A DNA stretch of 64,000 nucleotides from Carcharhinus longimanus (Eukaryota), in assembly GCA_030264375.1 (NCBI GenBank), contig JASCQW010000081.1, forward strand, positions 92,542,854-92,606,853, read 5' to 3'. Positions 42,001-57,000 of this stretch are shown in pieces. Below the pieces are notes generated by a model. That model saw only the letters and a list, made by a program, of their open reading frames with translations, ran no database searches and had not been told where the DNA came from. Numbering within the stretch: position 1 is the first letter of the stretch; the number at the start of each line of letters is the position of its first letter. A program made the translations under genes and the position numbers.

Positions 42001-45000
42001 ATGTTCCCCGACCGTTAGCCAGACTCTTTGGGTTACTAGTCAGATAAGATCGCCACCTCGTCACCACATTCTTAATGTCAAATTAAATCAAGTGTTCTGC
42101 CTTTTTAAAAACTGAGTAATATTAGCTAACATTTGAAGAAAAATATAGTCAAGTCTGATGAATGCATATTGACCGTGCCATAAGTGCTTATGCACGATCT
42201 ATGGCTTCCCAGGACATTAACTAAACAGCTTGACTGGAAAAGATAGATCTTAACTTTTTTTTTACTTCTACTTGGGCATTTGCGTAAGTCCCGTAATTTA
42301 AATTTAGTCGACAGCTCATCACATCAGCTTCTTTCTTCCCAAGTTCAACTGAACCTTTCGTGATTTCAAATATTTATGTCTAAAGTGATCTTCAATTAGA
42401 GCAATATTCTCACTATTAGCTTTGTAGCATAACCTCTGCGAATTCGTTATTTTGCAATGTAGCAAAACAAAACAGCGGCAATTGTTTAGGGGATTTTGAG
42501 CTCTCAGTGAGTAGCTTAATTCATGACGATAGAAGCAAGTTATACCAAAACAGGGAGTGTTTCCCTCAAATAAAAGTGACCATATAATGGTACATTTTGA
42601 CATCCCATACGAATACTTTGTGAAAATCCTGTAGAGTTTCGAACCGTTTATTTGTAAAAAAAAGTGACAGATCTATCCTCCATTCGTTATCAGCTCTGGG
42701 ATAGTCAAGAGTACCTTTTGTAGCTACAACATTAAATTTATAGATGGCAACCATTCTTATTTTCCAATGCTTTGCGATTTCAATGCAAGCATAGTTTGTT
42801 TTTTTTCTGAACTCATCTCATAAGTTATCATTTGCTGCTCCATTTCTCTCTCTGTCCCTTAGGATTCTGTGCAGTTTCAAATTCCTCCCTGAAATTAAAT
42901 ACTGGTCTCATAACCCTACCCATTTAATCAAATTCCCTGTCAATACTGCTAAAGTAAATCCAACAAAACAAATGATCCAGACACTGGAAAGGTGTCACCT
43001 ATTTGGCCGTATAGGCAATATCTGCTAAGAGTCAGTCCCAATGATCCAGAAAGCCATCCTTCCTGTATCATCATCCACGAAGTAAAACTAAGCATCTAAA
43101 TATATCTCCCTTTGTTAGTGAATTGCGTTGATGATAATCACTGGGAATTTGAATTGGCAACTGTATTTTTTTCAGAGCTGGAGATCTATTTGTTAGCATT
43201 CGACTCACGTGCCAGCTTGATTAAAAACCTCTGACAACTTCAAGTTTGTGGAATAAAAAAAACACAGAGGTACTGCGATTTCCGTGTCTATAGGAAAGGT
43301 TGCCACAAAACACGGTCAGGAACAACAGGTTGTGACCTGCGGGTGGAAACATTACTGAGAGAAGAGTCACACTGGACTAGAAACTTCAACATTATTATCA
43401 TCGCATGTGCTACCAGGCATGCAGAACATACCCAAATCCTTTCATTTTCATTCCAGAATTTGCTCTGTAATAACGTAAACTCCGCTGGCATCGCAATTCA
43501 TTTTATATCACGAAACAAGGAAAATTCCTACCAATTTCTTTCATTTCCAAGTGTGTTCCTGAAATACAACCCGCAAAGTATCGTCACTAGTTGCTTTAAA
43601 ACTAAGAATTCATTCTTTGCAGCCTGGATTTACATGGATTTTTAAATGTACATTGCACCTGCAAAAATTGCAATTTCTGCAGTCTTTATTTTATTGGAAT
43701 TGGAAGTTGACTAAATTTTCACATTTAATGTTGCCAAAAGCAATAGTGCTATCAGTACCCAACTTGTCACCTTTATAACTTCCACACTGATAATGCACTC
43801 ATGTATATCCATTCCAGGGGTAATATTCCAAACAACAGCTAATGGAAGCTAACATTGTTCCTAACAACATATATTTTGAACTGACATCACGCTTCTGGAA
43901 GCAAAATCAAACCCTATCGAACAGCAAACATCTCCGGCAGTTCTTATCTAGTCACTTACAGATTATAACACGCCAAAGTCTTACCTGTCAAAACATATTG
44001 ATGCAAAAGTGTTTATTTCACTTTTGCCTTTGTGGTTAACAACTTTGAATTTGGAATCCGTTCTACGTCTTTAACTGGGAACTGGTCTATTTAAGTTTCA
44101 AACCCTATATAGAATGCTAACATACACCACGTATTTGGCAAGGGCAATGCTTACGTTAGATTACTAAACACGAGCGAAAATTATCCCGACGAAACAAAAT
44201 ATGTAAAAGGGTCATATGTGCTCAGATGTGGCTTGCTTGTTTCCTCTGCCGTTTAGAAGATTTCTGTTCCCTTTCCTCATTCTATAAAATTCAAAAGGAA
44301 AACTGTAGCAGCGCACAAATCCCCCCGCTCTGAATGATAGACGACATAAATATCAGTGAATCAGTGAAGGATCATTGACGTCGCAAAAACTCGAATGATG
44401 CTTCAGCTTTTCGTAGAGAGCGGCATGACAAACTGGATATAATCCAGATTGATTGCACTAAACTTTTCTGGGATAACTGATACTTCCAATATCACATAGG
44501 AGAACAGTGACACTTTGATTTGCATTGCTGCCTCAGCATCAGGGAACCAGGCTTGATTCTGGCCCTGAGTGACTGTCTTTGTGGATTCTGCATATTTTTC
44601 CTTCATCTGCGTCGTCGTTCCTGATTTCCCCCAAAGTTCAAGGATATGTACGTTAGGACGGATGGCCATGTCAGATTGTCCGGCAGCATCCTATGATGTG
44701 TCGGCTAGGTGGTTTAGCGGATACATCGATGGCGTGGGTCTGGTAACATGCCCTTCCAGAGAGTCAGTAAAGTCAAAATAAATCACATGGCCTCATTTTG
44801 CACTGTGGGGATTATATTGCAGCTTCCAAAAAATGCATTAAACATGTTAAGGAATTTCTTCACAAATATCATTTCAGAACAAATACAATGCCCAGCAGAA
44901 AGAAATGTTGAAACAGCGGAAAGTTAATGTGAACTACAGATTTGAAGCCTGACAATGAAGTACGTGTTGCATAAAAATAAAATCAAAGCAGAGGAAAAGT

Positions 45001-48000
45001 TATATTTTCCACAAACAAATAAACATATGCACATTGCTGGTATTACTTAATAGATCCCGTTCTTAATGCCATGAACGAATCGTTTGAAACGTTAGCAAAA
45101 GAAAATAATAATAAAAACACAGTGCATTTATGAAGGGATGTTATGAGCAAGGAAGTAAAGCCACAATCCCGTTTTTCCTACATTTATGGAATCCATAACT
45201 AGGAAAAAAAATCAATTCAGTGTAAAATAAACAAAAATGAAATACGATGATTAACCTAATATAAAGTCAGAAATGTAGGGCTGGAAGTTAATGCATTCAA
45301 ATGAGATATAAATATATTACATTTTGAAAAAGAAATGATGGATTACTATGGGTAATCAAAACAATTAGATTGGCATGGTGTGCAGTGAATCGCCTTTAAT
45401 ACATATACATGACATATGTGCACGTTTACATACTTGTGTCTCGGATTGTTTTCTGCAACTCTGAAATAAATTAATTGTAATACTTGCCATTATGAAGAAG
45501 AGCAACAATCGTCGATTGAGGGAACACGGTAGAAAATAAACTGCTGAATAAAAGTAACTGTGGGAGCTTCACCTTTGAAAAATGATCCTTCTAAGCATGC
45601 TGGCAAAATATTGACGACTGGAGTCGCTCTTTAAAAGCTCATGAATGTTTTATCCACTATGAAATCAGTGTAACGCAGATTCAAAGCACTCAGCCGATAG
45701 AAATGACTGGTGCTAATAGGAAGAAGCAAACTTTGAAGGTGCTGCAGAATATCAAATAGCATGCAAAACACTCAGTGATAATAAAGAGCATCCATGCATT
45801 GAATACTTCCGTTGACGTTTCTTATGTAAATACATTCGGAAAACATGTATGAAATCCTGTTTCTCATATGGCAATAAAATTGACAGTATTTTGAATGTGA
45901 AGCCACAAAACGGCGCAGAAATACGGTTTCGAGTCTTATGAAAAGGCAAATACGTGGCCAAATGCTAGTAACTTATTAAGTCTGAGTTGCATGCGCTTCG
46001 TTGAAACTGTTTAAAGCTCAAAACCAAGCATTTCACAGTGGCGGATTTATTTCAGCTTAAACCAACCTTAAAACAAATTATAAGTAAAACAGATGCGTTT
46101 AGGAATTGGCGAGTTAGAATGTAGAGGCGATCGTGTTCTCAGATATTACATGCACATCAGTTTGAGAATTTCTAGATATATGAATGTGGACCTGGAAGTC
46201 TGGTGCGGGAACAGCGCTATTGCTTCCCGGGGCATTATTATTTCTTGCTCTGAACAATTGTATGGGCGAGTCGCATTAGGTATCTTTTCGTTTAGATTCC
46301 TAGCCAGCATTGTTATTAGGCGGAGTGGCGAACGAATATCGCCTTCATTCTGAGGACAGTTGATATCCTGGGGATTGTGTGATTTCGAAATTTTTCTTGA
46401 AGTCTTGTAGTGATTTTATTTTCCACTTTTCGGTAATGAAGATCGAATTCAAAATTAAGTTGTATGCAGAGGTAAGCTAATGAAATACATATACATCCTC
46501 TCCACGGTGCTGAAGACCCACCGATTATCCGTTTTAGTTTAAATAAAATGATTGCAGGCCCAGGAAGGACAGTATATCTCTGCGTCGTTTTGCGGCTTCA
46601 CATTCAAAGCACTGTCAATTTTATTCTCATATGAGAAACAGGGTTTCATACGTGTTTTCCGAATGCACCTGTATAAGAAATATCAACGGATGTGCTCAAT
46701 CTATAGATGTTGTCCAAAAAAAGGGGCCGTGATGTGGTGATGCCGACGTCTGACTGGGGTGAACACAGTAAGAAGTCTCAAACGCTAATATAATGTCCAT
46801 CAGTTTTGTTTTGCAATCACGAGATCATGTGAGTGAAATTCGAAAAAAAGGCGAAATTATTTCAGGAGCCTTCCAACAATCAAATACATGGAAATTGATT
46901 GGTCATTGACTTATAGATGCGCATGCCAATGACAAACGAACTTGGGTTGCTGATAATGTGCCCGCTGTACTGGAGATATGTTCCCGACCGGAAATTGTAA
47001 TTAGGTGTTAATTTAGAGCCAAGGATGATGGAAGATAAGGGGCGGTAGGCGTGATAGTAAAAAAATGTCAAAAGGATAACAGTACTGTTAGCTCACGAGA
47101 TGATCACGGTGGATGGAGGTTCAAAAAATTAACCATTAGTTGGCGCCAGAATGTTTCTGTACTCTTCGCAGTTGGTACACCTCTGAACTAGAAAACACAA
47201 AACACGTGGTGCTAATAATTCATGTTCTCCATAAGTTGACAGGTGTAACGTGCACTTCGGGTTTCTCAGTTTTTCTCAGTAAAAGAGAAAAAAAATGGTT
47301 ACAATAGATTCTGAATTTGAGTCCAATATTCATTCAACCATAGGCCTCTAGTTTAATATCAAACACCGGACAATGTTGTGGAGTGATTTTTTGCCAGATG
47401 AAAAAGAGAATACTGCAGTAGGAAACACGAAGAATCATTTTTGGCTAGATATATGTTGCGGGAGAACAAAGAATCACATGGAAGGTCTAGATATCAAAAT
47501 ATCACTTAGATATCACATCATATTCTGAAGGTTACCGATTGCAAAACTATTAACTAATAATGAGCAGTTAGATTCAATGCAAATTGTAATTGGGAAATGA
47601 TCGGTCGACTAACTGCTCCGGCAGCGGGTCCTGGATCAAAATACACTTCTGTGAATGAAACTGAATTCTGGAAGATCGGAATTCCCTATTGGACAATGAT
47701 AGTTCCGAACTCCGCTGTTGGTTTTCAAAGTATATTATTCGATCTTACTTTTCTGGCTTGTCTGAAGGGCGAATTCTGTAAGAGGAAATACAATGTTGCA
47801 AACAATGTTACGCGCTAAATTTAGCATTGCGTCACATTAAACTTGGTATTATTAGTATGAAAATTGAAACACTAATACACGGGGATAATATCACTACAAC
47901 ACTATCTTGCGCGAAGCAGACAAGTAAACTGAATGCGTGTCTGGAAGTGTGTGTAGAGAAGGAGGTTCCATACATTTCATGTGATCATTGTTTCTTCAGA

Positions 48001-51000
48001 AAAGGGGGTGAGTTGGATTATGGGCAATGCAGGTGATGGAACGCTGTCCAAACTGACAGCTGTTCTAAAAGGAGACGATTTGCAAACATTGTTTCAACAT
48101 CTGAGAAAGCCGCTCGATTTCTTGTAATTTGACTACCATACAAATTCAAAAAGGGAGCCAAAAGCTTGAAGTTGTGAGAGCGAGAAACCCTGCAGATGTT
48201 CTCATTGCGGACGAAGCCTCTTTCATTCAACTGGTCAGTCGATGCGCAAACGAAGTCACAGCTTGGGGGAAACGGTGGAAATGCGGAAAATGAGAAGGAA
48301 TTCAATTAAACACCAGATTTGGAAACCCATTGGACACTCATACTGGCGAGGGATCGTTTTCGTTTTCTATGTGTGGGAATGGATTCACTACCATATTCGG
48401 CCTACAGTCACAACGGCGAACTCACGCTGAGAAGAGTTAGCTGCACAATCTGATGGATGAATTTCAGGTAGACATCGGCCTTCACCAATGAGGCCAACCT
48501 GGAGAACGATCATTCATCTACTCCTTGTGTGGAAGGGGGTTCAAATATTCACTTCTACTACTCAAACACCGTGAATTCACGCAGTGAATAGGCTGTTCGC
48601 CTGCTCCATTTGTGGGAAGAGATGTCTACAGTAATCCGAACTGCTGACACACCAACGAATTCAACATGGAGGGAGACTGTCCACTTGGGTCCCACCCCTC
48701 GCAAACGTCCGAGTGAGAAGGAATTAATTCAGTTAGTTACCTTGGTGACACGTGAGCATGTGTAAACCTGACTTGGAAATCTTGGTTTCAGATGGATTGC
48801 AAACGGAATCAGGAAGTGAGGAAACACATTTAATGCGGTGTAGGTTCGGAAATGAACAGTCTTGAACAGGTGCTGTGCGTATTTGATAAAATACGTTTGT
48901 TGTTGTACACCGGTTCGCAAAATCTGAACAGAAAGTACGCGGTGATTGCACACCATGTGACACAATAATTCGTGAAGATCTTTTTACTGTATACATTCAT
49001 GTCAGTTCACTGAGAAAAAGCTTGACGGAAAGAGCTAGATAAAATATTACATATTTTAAATCTAGTTTCGGACAATCAGGTAGCTATGTTTTGTAATCTC
49101 TTCATAAAGTATCCACTGCTAAAATCAGCATTATCAATGGAGTTACATGCCCTGTTAAAACTGCAAACAATTCACTACAGTTGCAAACACGACTATCCCA
49201 CTTCTATGAACCAGTTAAAGATTTATTTTTATTTATTAGTCACAGGAAAGGCTTGCATTAACACTGCAATGGAATTATTGTGAACATCCCGTAGCCATCA
49301 CACGCCGGCGCCTGTTCGGGTCAATGTGCGTAACCATCACGTCTTTCAAACTATGGGAGTACTCGGAGGAAATCTACGCAGACACGGGGAGAACGTGCAA
49401 ACTCCACACAGAAAGTGACCCATGCCGGCAATCGAACCCAGGTCCCTGGCGCTGTGAAGCAGCAGTGCTAACCACTGTGCTATCGTGTTGTCTCACATCG
49501 ATGGAAGGGTACAGCGACTTCATTTTTGTTGTGTAGCTCACGGCATGTCTGCCACTTAAGAGCAGAGTCGGCAAGGAGTGTTGCGTTTAAGAAATAAGTT
49601 AATACATAAATAAAATTTATGGTGAAGTATCCCTTCACCTTCGCCGATGCTATTGGCGACACTCCTATTGAAGGAAATATTGGTACTAGATAATTTGTGA
49701 ACTGAAGGAAGCCATCCGCGTTTACATCACTTTTAATCTGTGCAACCCATAGGTGCTGCAACGTTTTGAATCTGTACTGATTGAATGTTGAAATTTGCAA
49801 CTACAAATAGAGATCGGTTTTGCCTATACTGCCAATATGTACCGAAATAGACGTTGGAGCCAGGTGAACCTTTTTTATTTCAATAAGTAAATGCTATTTC
49901 CCTGACCTAGAATCTTTTGCTTCCCGAATAGATTTCCTCAAAAATCTGAATGCGCTCTATCCTATGGTGACTTTTTCTGGCCAACCTTCCGCTAAAAAGA
50001 TCTTACTCAACTCATTCAGTTTTGGAATTCGTGAGGCCGGATCATTTCATCTCCTGCCCTCTTATGCACTTTACAGCGTTAGCTTCCGAATCTTTGTAAG
50101 CGTTCAAAAACACAATGGGAACTTTTGAGACGCTGAGAAGGACTTTCAGTGTCGTCACGAGTACTTATTGCAGGTTCACGAGGTAAGTGTGTAAAACTGG
50201 AGGTGGCGCGGAGTAAGTGGTCAAACGGATAGCGGGGTGAAACCACTGGATAAGAGGTTGATGGCAACCTGTTACGGCGTTAGGTAGGCAAGTGGCAACT
50301 CAGTTGGGCGTCAAGGGGTTACATTTTTCAGTTGTAATCATGGAAATTCGGAGCGTCAAGAAGTAAGATGATTGCTCGAATACGGAAAAGGTAAGTGTTA
50401 GAATGGGGCGGGGTGAGTCGGGTGGTGGTTCCTGACAGGTTGACCCTGGGCAGTTTGCGTCAGACGGTAGCAAAGGGCTCAGTTGGAAGATCGGCTGCAC
50501 AAATCGGGAGATCGGAGGTTTGTGCAGCATCGGGGTATCAGGTGTCAGCCTGATTCCGGGGCCACAATAATCGGGTCATGTTGGGAGGGAGTTTCATACT
50601 GTTGTGGGTGATCTCGAGGACAGCCAGTGCGTCTGGAAGGGAGTTGAGGATGAGTTTTATCGTTACCCAAGATTTAATCCGAGATTTTCTATTGATCCGA
50701 GCACTTCCTGCATAATTTGCGATGCAAGCAAGATTGGTCTATCCAAAATATAACCCAGAAGATTTATCTAGGAAAAGTTATGACATCCAAGACATTCCCT
50801 TGAGTCAGTGCATTGTAATATATGCGAGTCCAGACGCGGAATATTCGTGTTCCATTTGCCTTCCCTGATCTAGAGACAGGAAGTTCAGTACTAAAGTATT
50901 ATAAAATGGTGTCGATACCACGGTACTGCTCTCAAAAGTCGGCATACATGTAACAATTTGATTCTCATGAATGGCAAATAGCACACTGAAACGATTTTCC

Positions 51001-54000
51001 GGAGTACGTTACAATTACATTCGGCAAAGTGCATATGTCAGATTCGTAAGTACAGTAGGGCCCATGTTAAACAGGTAGAGGCAACAATAATTCAATACTG
51101 ACTCTTTGATGCGACCAGTGTGTCACAGTGAACCGCTAATAACGAAGACTTTGATTTGTAGAGCACTTTTCCAAAACTACGTATAACATGCAACTTATAA
51201 GTCTTGTGGAATAAGTGGATAATATTACAATTGCATGGACATATTGGTAGAATGAATGGAGAAGTTACTGTTTAAATTTAATGATACGAAGCGTAAAATG
51301 TTATTTTGGTTGGATTATTTGTTGAGAAAATTTGCAATTCTGGTCCAACTTCAAAGTTAGTGCAGCAGCAGAGCGACATCATTTGACATGTGCTCAGACT
51401 TTTGAACGCGACACGGCAAATTGAGGGAGCACGTGATAAATTCTACCATGCAAATAGTTTTAAAATAGTGGCGTAGAGTTTAAAAAAAGTCATGCAAGTG
51501 TTTTAAACTTGTGTCAATAACCAAGCAAATATCAGAAGCACGTCTCAATTTGCTGCGGTATGCATTACACGTTCCTGCAACCAAATTCAGCGAACACCTT
51601 TGCAAAGAGAAAAAAGTCACCGTGAAAAGTGGCCATCATTTGTTCTGAATTTGCAGAAAATGCGGATAAAAGTAGGCAAATAAGCTTTAGCAAATCAATG
51701 CCGAAACCTGACAATTAGTAACATGGTAGAAACTGTCTTTATTACTTGAATATTCTTGCCTCATGCTTTTTTTGTAGCGTTTATATATTCGTTCGCTTTC
51801 CTGAAGTAAACATAGTTCTTCCACGTTAACGTTATTTCGGGGTTATTGCAGACTATCCATTAATTTACTTAAATCGGCATGTACACTGTCATTCCAGTCG
51901 ATATGATTCGTCAAGAGACGTCCCTATTTTCCGTTTGTAAATTTCATTCCATTGATTGTTGGAAGCATTTATTGTATTCGGGGGCATTCTTCAATTGTAA
52001 TGGCGTGCGATGTTTTTTTTTAAACAGGAATAACCAACAAGTTAACCAAAATGATACAGAGATGACACAAGTCTCTTACGTGGACATTGGATTGGGAAAA
52101 AGATCGAATCGCCTCATTCTGCACTACGTGGAGTCTATGGCTCTATGGTTACATAATTTACACTCTTGAACTACTGAAATCCAGCCTTTTAGTTAAATCA
52201 GCAAATCCTTCCTGCACATGCCCCAATGCAACATTGCAGAATGTTTTGTCTTTCCTGAACGCACACATCCACATACCACCTGCATTTATCTAAATCACCT
52301 GCTCTCCAGTAACGAATGTTTCCGCTGAAGTCATCTATTCTTTGCTAATTTCAGCTCATCATTTTTATTTCTATTCTGACGTAAGTGCACAGTGAATTGC
52401 TGTGATATTACTCCACTCCAGATACTGTGTCCCAATGATCTGCATTAGTCTGCTGAGAATCACGGCTGTGGGATCGTGCAACAGTGACACTCATATCTCT
52501 CCAGTTATGCCCTACTGGCATGAGCACATACAATAGCTGCTTCTAACTTGCAGTATTTATTATTCACTCAAATCTTTGAGAAATTCAATTCGAAACGAAG
52601 TTACTCTGCAAACATCGGGCATTTATTTAAGCTGTGCCAGAATCAAAAGACATATACACATAGAAATTCCAGTTGTTACCTGAGTCATGAGCTTCTATCA
52701 GTTCTACGAGAGAGNNNNNNNNNNNNNNNNNNNNNNNNNNNNNNNNNNNNNNNNNNNNNNNTGGTTAATCGACATTATTAAAACAATCATTTAACCTGAC
52801 CCATCGATTTCCGCCAATTGTTCAAGAATGCGTGTTAGAATCTGCTATTAGAACTAGTTTTTGACCGTTAGGTCATTAGAAGTCGTTTTCTTTATTTAAT
52901 GAGATGTTTATTTCGCTGGTTGGCAAGGACAACAACTGTTGCCCATGTCTAACTGCACTTGACATAGTTGTGAAGGATGGTCGTTAAGAACGACTGCACT
53001 CCATCAAGTGGAGGTATGGCTGTCGTGCTATTCAAAGGAAGTCTAAGGATTTTGATCCATCTNNNNNNNNNNTGACAGGAACAATTAGCATTGTTTCCGC
53101 ACGCAAGACGATAATTGCTGTATTGTCTTGACATTTCCATCATAGATTTTGTTGCAAATTGGCATTGAAAGTACTCGTGCACCATGTCAATATAATTAAG
53201 CGGACCAAAGCAGTGCAAGAGCATGTGAAAATTAAGTGCAACAAGTAATATAAGTATACTTATTCCATATCTTACCTTTTTCTTTCTTGGCTAGTGATAT
53301 TTCTGCCCAATAAAAAAAAAACTATCGTCACAAAGCAGCAACGAGGCTATATAGTCGACAAAAACTGAGCATTACAAGGAATTAGGGACATTCCTTGAAA
53401 GTGACTCAGTGTTTTGAGCTAGTTCTCATCATTCATTTTTATGTTCATATAGATTTATTGACTTGTGGCATTTTTATTCGTAGAATAGATTATAGACCTT
53501 GCAGTGCATGATCTGCGTGGATTTTTTTTTATTTCAAAGTAATACACCAGCAAGGGAATTACTATAATTTATTTGTTAAGATATTAATTATAGTCGTTCA
53601 GATCTAAACAGTAGCCTTAAAAGTAATTATGTGGTCAAATACAATGTGCAGCAGCCGATGAGAAACAGCTAAGGAAATTTTTCAAAACATGGGATCGATT
53701 TTCACATTTCAATCACTTGCTACAACGTTGGATGGTTCAGATAACGGGTTCATATAATGGCCAATCCATTGTTGGTAAATGTCAAGTAGGGAAGACATAT
53801 GATAAGAAATGGAAATTTCGGTATTTTGTCATGAATGTTTTGAAAATATTCAGCTATTGGATATTCTGTGGTGAAAAAAGTAGCCGTTAAATGTTCAACT
53901 TCATTCGTTTCTGATAAAAGCCTACAGATGTTCAGTTGCACGCTCAAACAAATATTGCGTGGTTGCAACTGTAAACAATTCATAATTAATTTATTCATAC

Positions 54001-57000
54001 CTAACGATTCATATTTTGCCTTCAATTCTAAAGGAAAATTATAATTTGTTTAGTCCTGTGCATTATACAACCTGAGAGAGTAAGAAAGGAGTGGAATATG
54101 ATCGATCCAACAGAACATAATAGTAATATTAAAAGGTAATAACTGTAGTAATGAAAAAAAGTGCTAGTTGCAGCAAACGTCCTTGGAAACTGCACACAAA
54201 AGAGAAGATCATATATATTGTTTCGACTCCCTAAGAAACTAGTTGCATCATAATACTCTAAATAGGGCTTCCTTCTTCCTGCATTTGTGTCTAAATGTAT
54301 TGAGCACTAACATTTTTGATGTTGTTTGCATGTAACAACGTTAGAAGAAATTAGTTTCTAGTATTATTTCATCGACGTAACGATATCTGCAAATGTTTGT
54401 TGTTTCAAGTGAGAATGAAGTCCAGCATTGATGCTAAAATCTAAATTAAATACAGAAAATGTTGCAAAGACCCAACAGGTCTGGTGGCTTGTGTGGATAG
54501 GAAAGTGTCGTAACGTTTGGAGTCTGTATGAATATTCTTTGAAGTGAAAGATATGGTGTGATGGGATGACGTACACACCATCTACACCCCCTCCCCCATT
54601 GTGTAGCATCTGAGGGCTCCCCACATTTTCTTTGAGCAAATACCCGAAAAAGCCCCGACTGCTACTAGTCTCCTCCGCCTGGCAGTACTTCATCCCTCAC
54701 GAATCAGCTTCTGCTTTAACTTGTCTCATTGCTTGCAAAATAAAAGCTGCGCCCATGGGTATCTGCTTATCTTTTTGTGGGTTATGTCCAACATTCCTTG
54801 CTTCTATTCTACTCAGCCCTGTACTCAGAAAGCTTTTTCCATTATGTTATTAGCAGCATAATCAGAGCTGAATATAAACACACACGTTGCACAAAAAATA
54901 GATATCAATACATTTCGTAATACCACAGCATCATCACACTCCACAACTGCTGCCTGAACCAATAATCGTTGTAGCGTCCTCGCTATTTATTGAAGGACGT
55001 TATGCTGCATTTAATACTTTCTAAAGACACAAAGTAGCATAATATATATAAAAAAATGCTTCACTGAACGGGCAACACCTGCAGTGGTCTTCTGGAAATG
55101 CGAACTTCAACACGATAGGTAACTACACCTGCATTATAGAATCATAGAAACCCGACAGTGCAGGAAGAGGGCCATTTGGCCCATTGAGTATGCGCCGACC
55201 ACAGTTCCACCCAGGCCCTGTCCCCATATCCCTACATATGCCCCCTCTAACTTACCCATCACAGGATACTAAAGAGCAATTTTAGCCCGGCCAATCGACT
55301 TAACCCGCACATCTTTGGACAGTGGGAGGAAACCGGAGCACCCGCAGGAAACCCAAGCAGACATGAGGAGAATGTGCAAACTCCACACAGGCAATGACCC
55401 AAGCTGGGAATCGAACGGATGATCTTAGAGCTGTGAAGCAGCAGTGCTAACCACTGTGCTATCGTGCCGCCCATATTAAATTTGTCATAGATCATGTCGT
55501 CTATGGGCAAGCGAATGCACGAACGAGAACAGCAATAATTACGAAACCCATCAATATTGGAGATGTTCATTTAGAGGAAAACAAGAATTTCAATGCAGGA
55601 GTTCATGTGTGTCATGGTGTCAAAATCATGGGCATCATATGCTTGGTGCACAATATTCTGCAGTGGCCAGCTGTGGTCAAAGCAAATTAGAAATAAGGAT
55701 GACCTATACTGTAATACAGGTTTGATGAACAAGGAATCGTGGCACATTCTTTGGAAAGTGAATCCTTTCAGTGACAACATGCACATTTTCACAAACAACC
55801 GTGCGGTACTTCAGCAGGCCGTAGACCAAGGTCGCCTTTGCGTTGTTGATTATTGCATTGATGTAGCACTTACATTTAATTGGCAAGGGGTTAGGGATCA
55901 GTATCTGAACGCACAAAATCTTTAATTTGCATGAAAAGTATTCGTGCTGATGATTTCTAGAAAACTCAATCGTTCTACACCAAGGAAGGAAATATTAAGG
56001 AGGAATACGAGGCATAAAAATAAAGGTACACACCACTTGCCTGTCTCGACATTAAGTGCAACAAATGTGATAGAGTCGTAACCGTGTGGAAATACAACGC
56101 AGTAACTGAAATAGCAACAACACATACAACTAACGAGAAATTGATGCAGAAAAGTCAATGGTACGTATTCTTCAGAAAAAAAAAATTGGCATCGGGAATA
56201 CTGAAAGAGAAACTGATTAGCAAAATATTGTTTCGTTGGAAAAGGGGGATGGGGGACAGAGTTCGCTTGTAATGACAGTTTATGTAAGTGTGTAATGACT
56301 GGAGAGAGAGAAAAAAAGTTTCTTTGCTAAGTAAGAATTCAGTAAGATTGGACAAATGTGAAAGTCGCAGAAAAAAACGAAGTAGAGATTAATTCCACAA
56401 ATGTATTCAAAGTTGCAGGCCAAAGAAGTCAATAAACAATTGCTGTGTTTGGAGGAAGTTTAAATTGTTAAAATGCTTAATGTATTTATCTAAAAGATTA
56501 GCATGGGAAAAAAAAGCCGCTGAAGGGAAATAAAATGACGGGAAAACGACGTCATTGTCTGTATGGGTTTCAGTAAAACATCTGGCAAAGTGTGACATTA
56601 ACGACTGTTATCAAATCCAATGGAACAAGATCTTCTGACGGATTGGAAAATTGCTTTAAGAACTGAAACTTTCAAGTCTGAGAAATGTTTACTTTTTTCA
56701 GATTGAAACCTTGTGGACAATGGCAATCCATTGGTCCAGCACCAGGATTTTCATATACAACATCGATACTGGGATTCCGATTAAAAAATAAATATAATTT
56801 ATCTATTATAAGAATATTGGAGATCCTGCAGACGGTAATAATCATACATATCCACTGAAAGGACATGGAACGGCGATCAGAAAAAAAACCATTTTGATGA
56901 CATGAAATTCTAAACTTCGGAGAGTTAGTGATGCATTTTTTATACAAAGTTAGGGGGAGAGTGAAGCAAGATCAACTGGTAACTCCCCGAAGAGTACATA

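Noticed and set aside
34080-55091. Other in-frame candidates (34080-34109, 47536-47553, 55065-55091; also 8427-8447)
   Set aside because: Weak donors or acceptors; not distinguishable from chance without RNA data.
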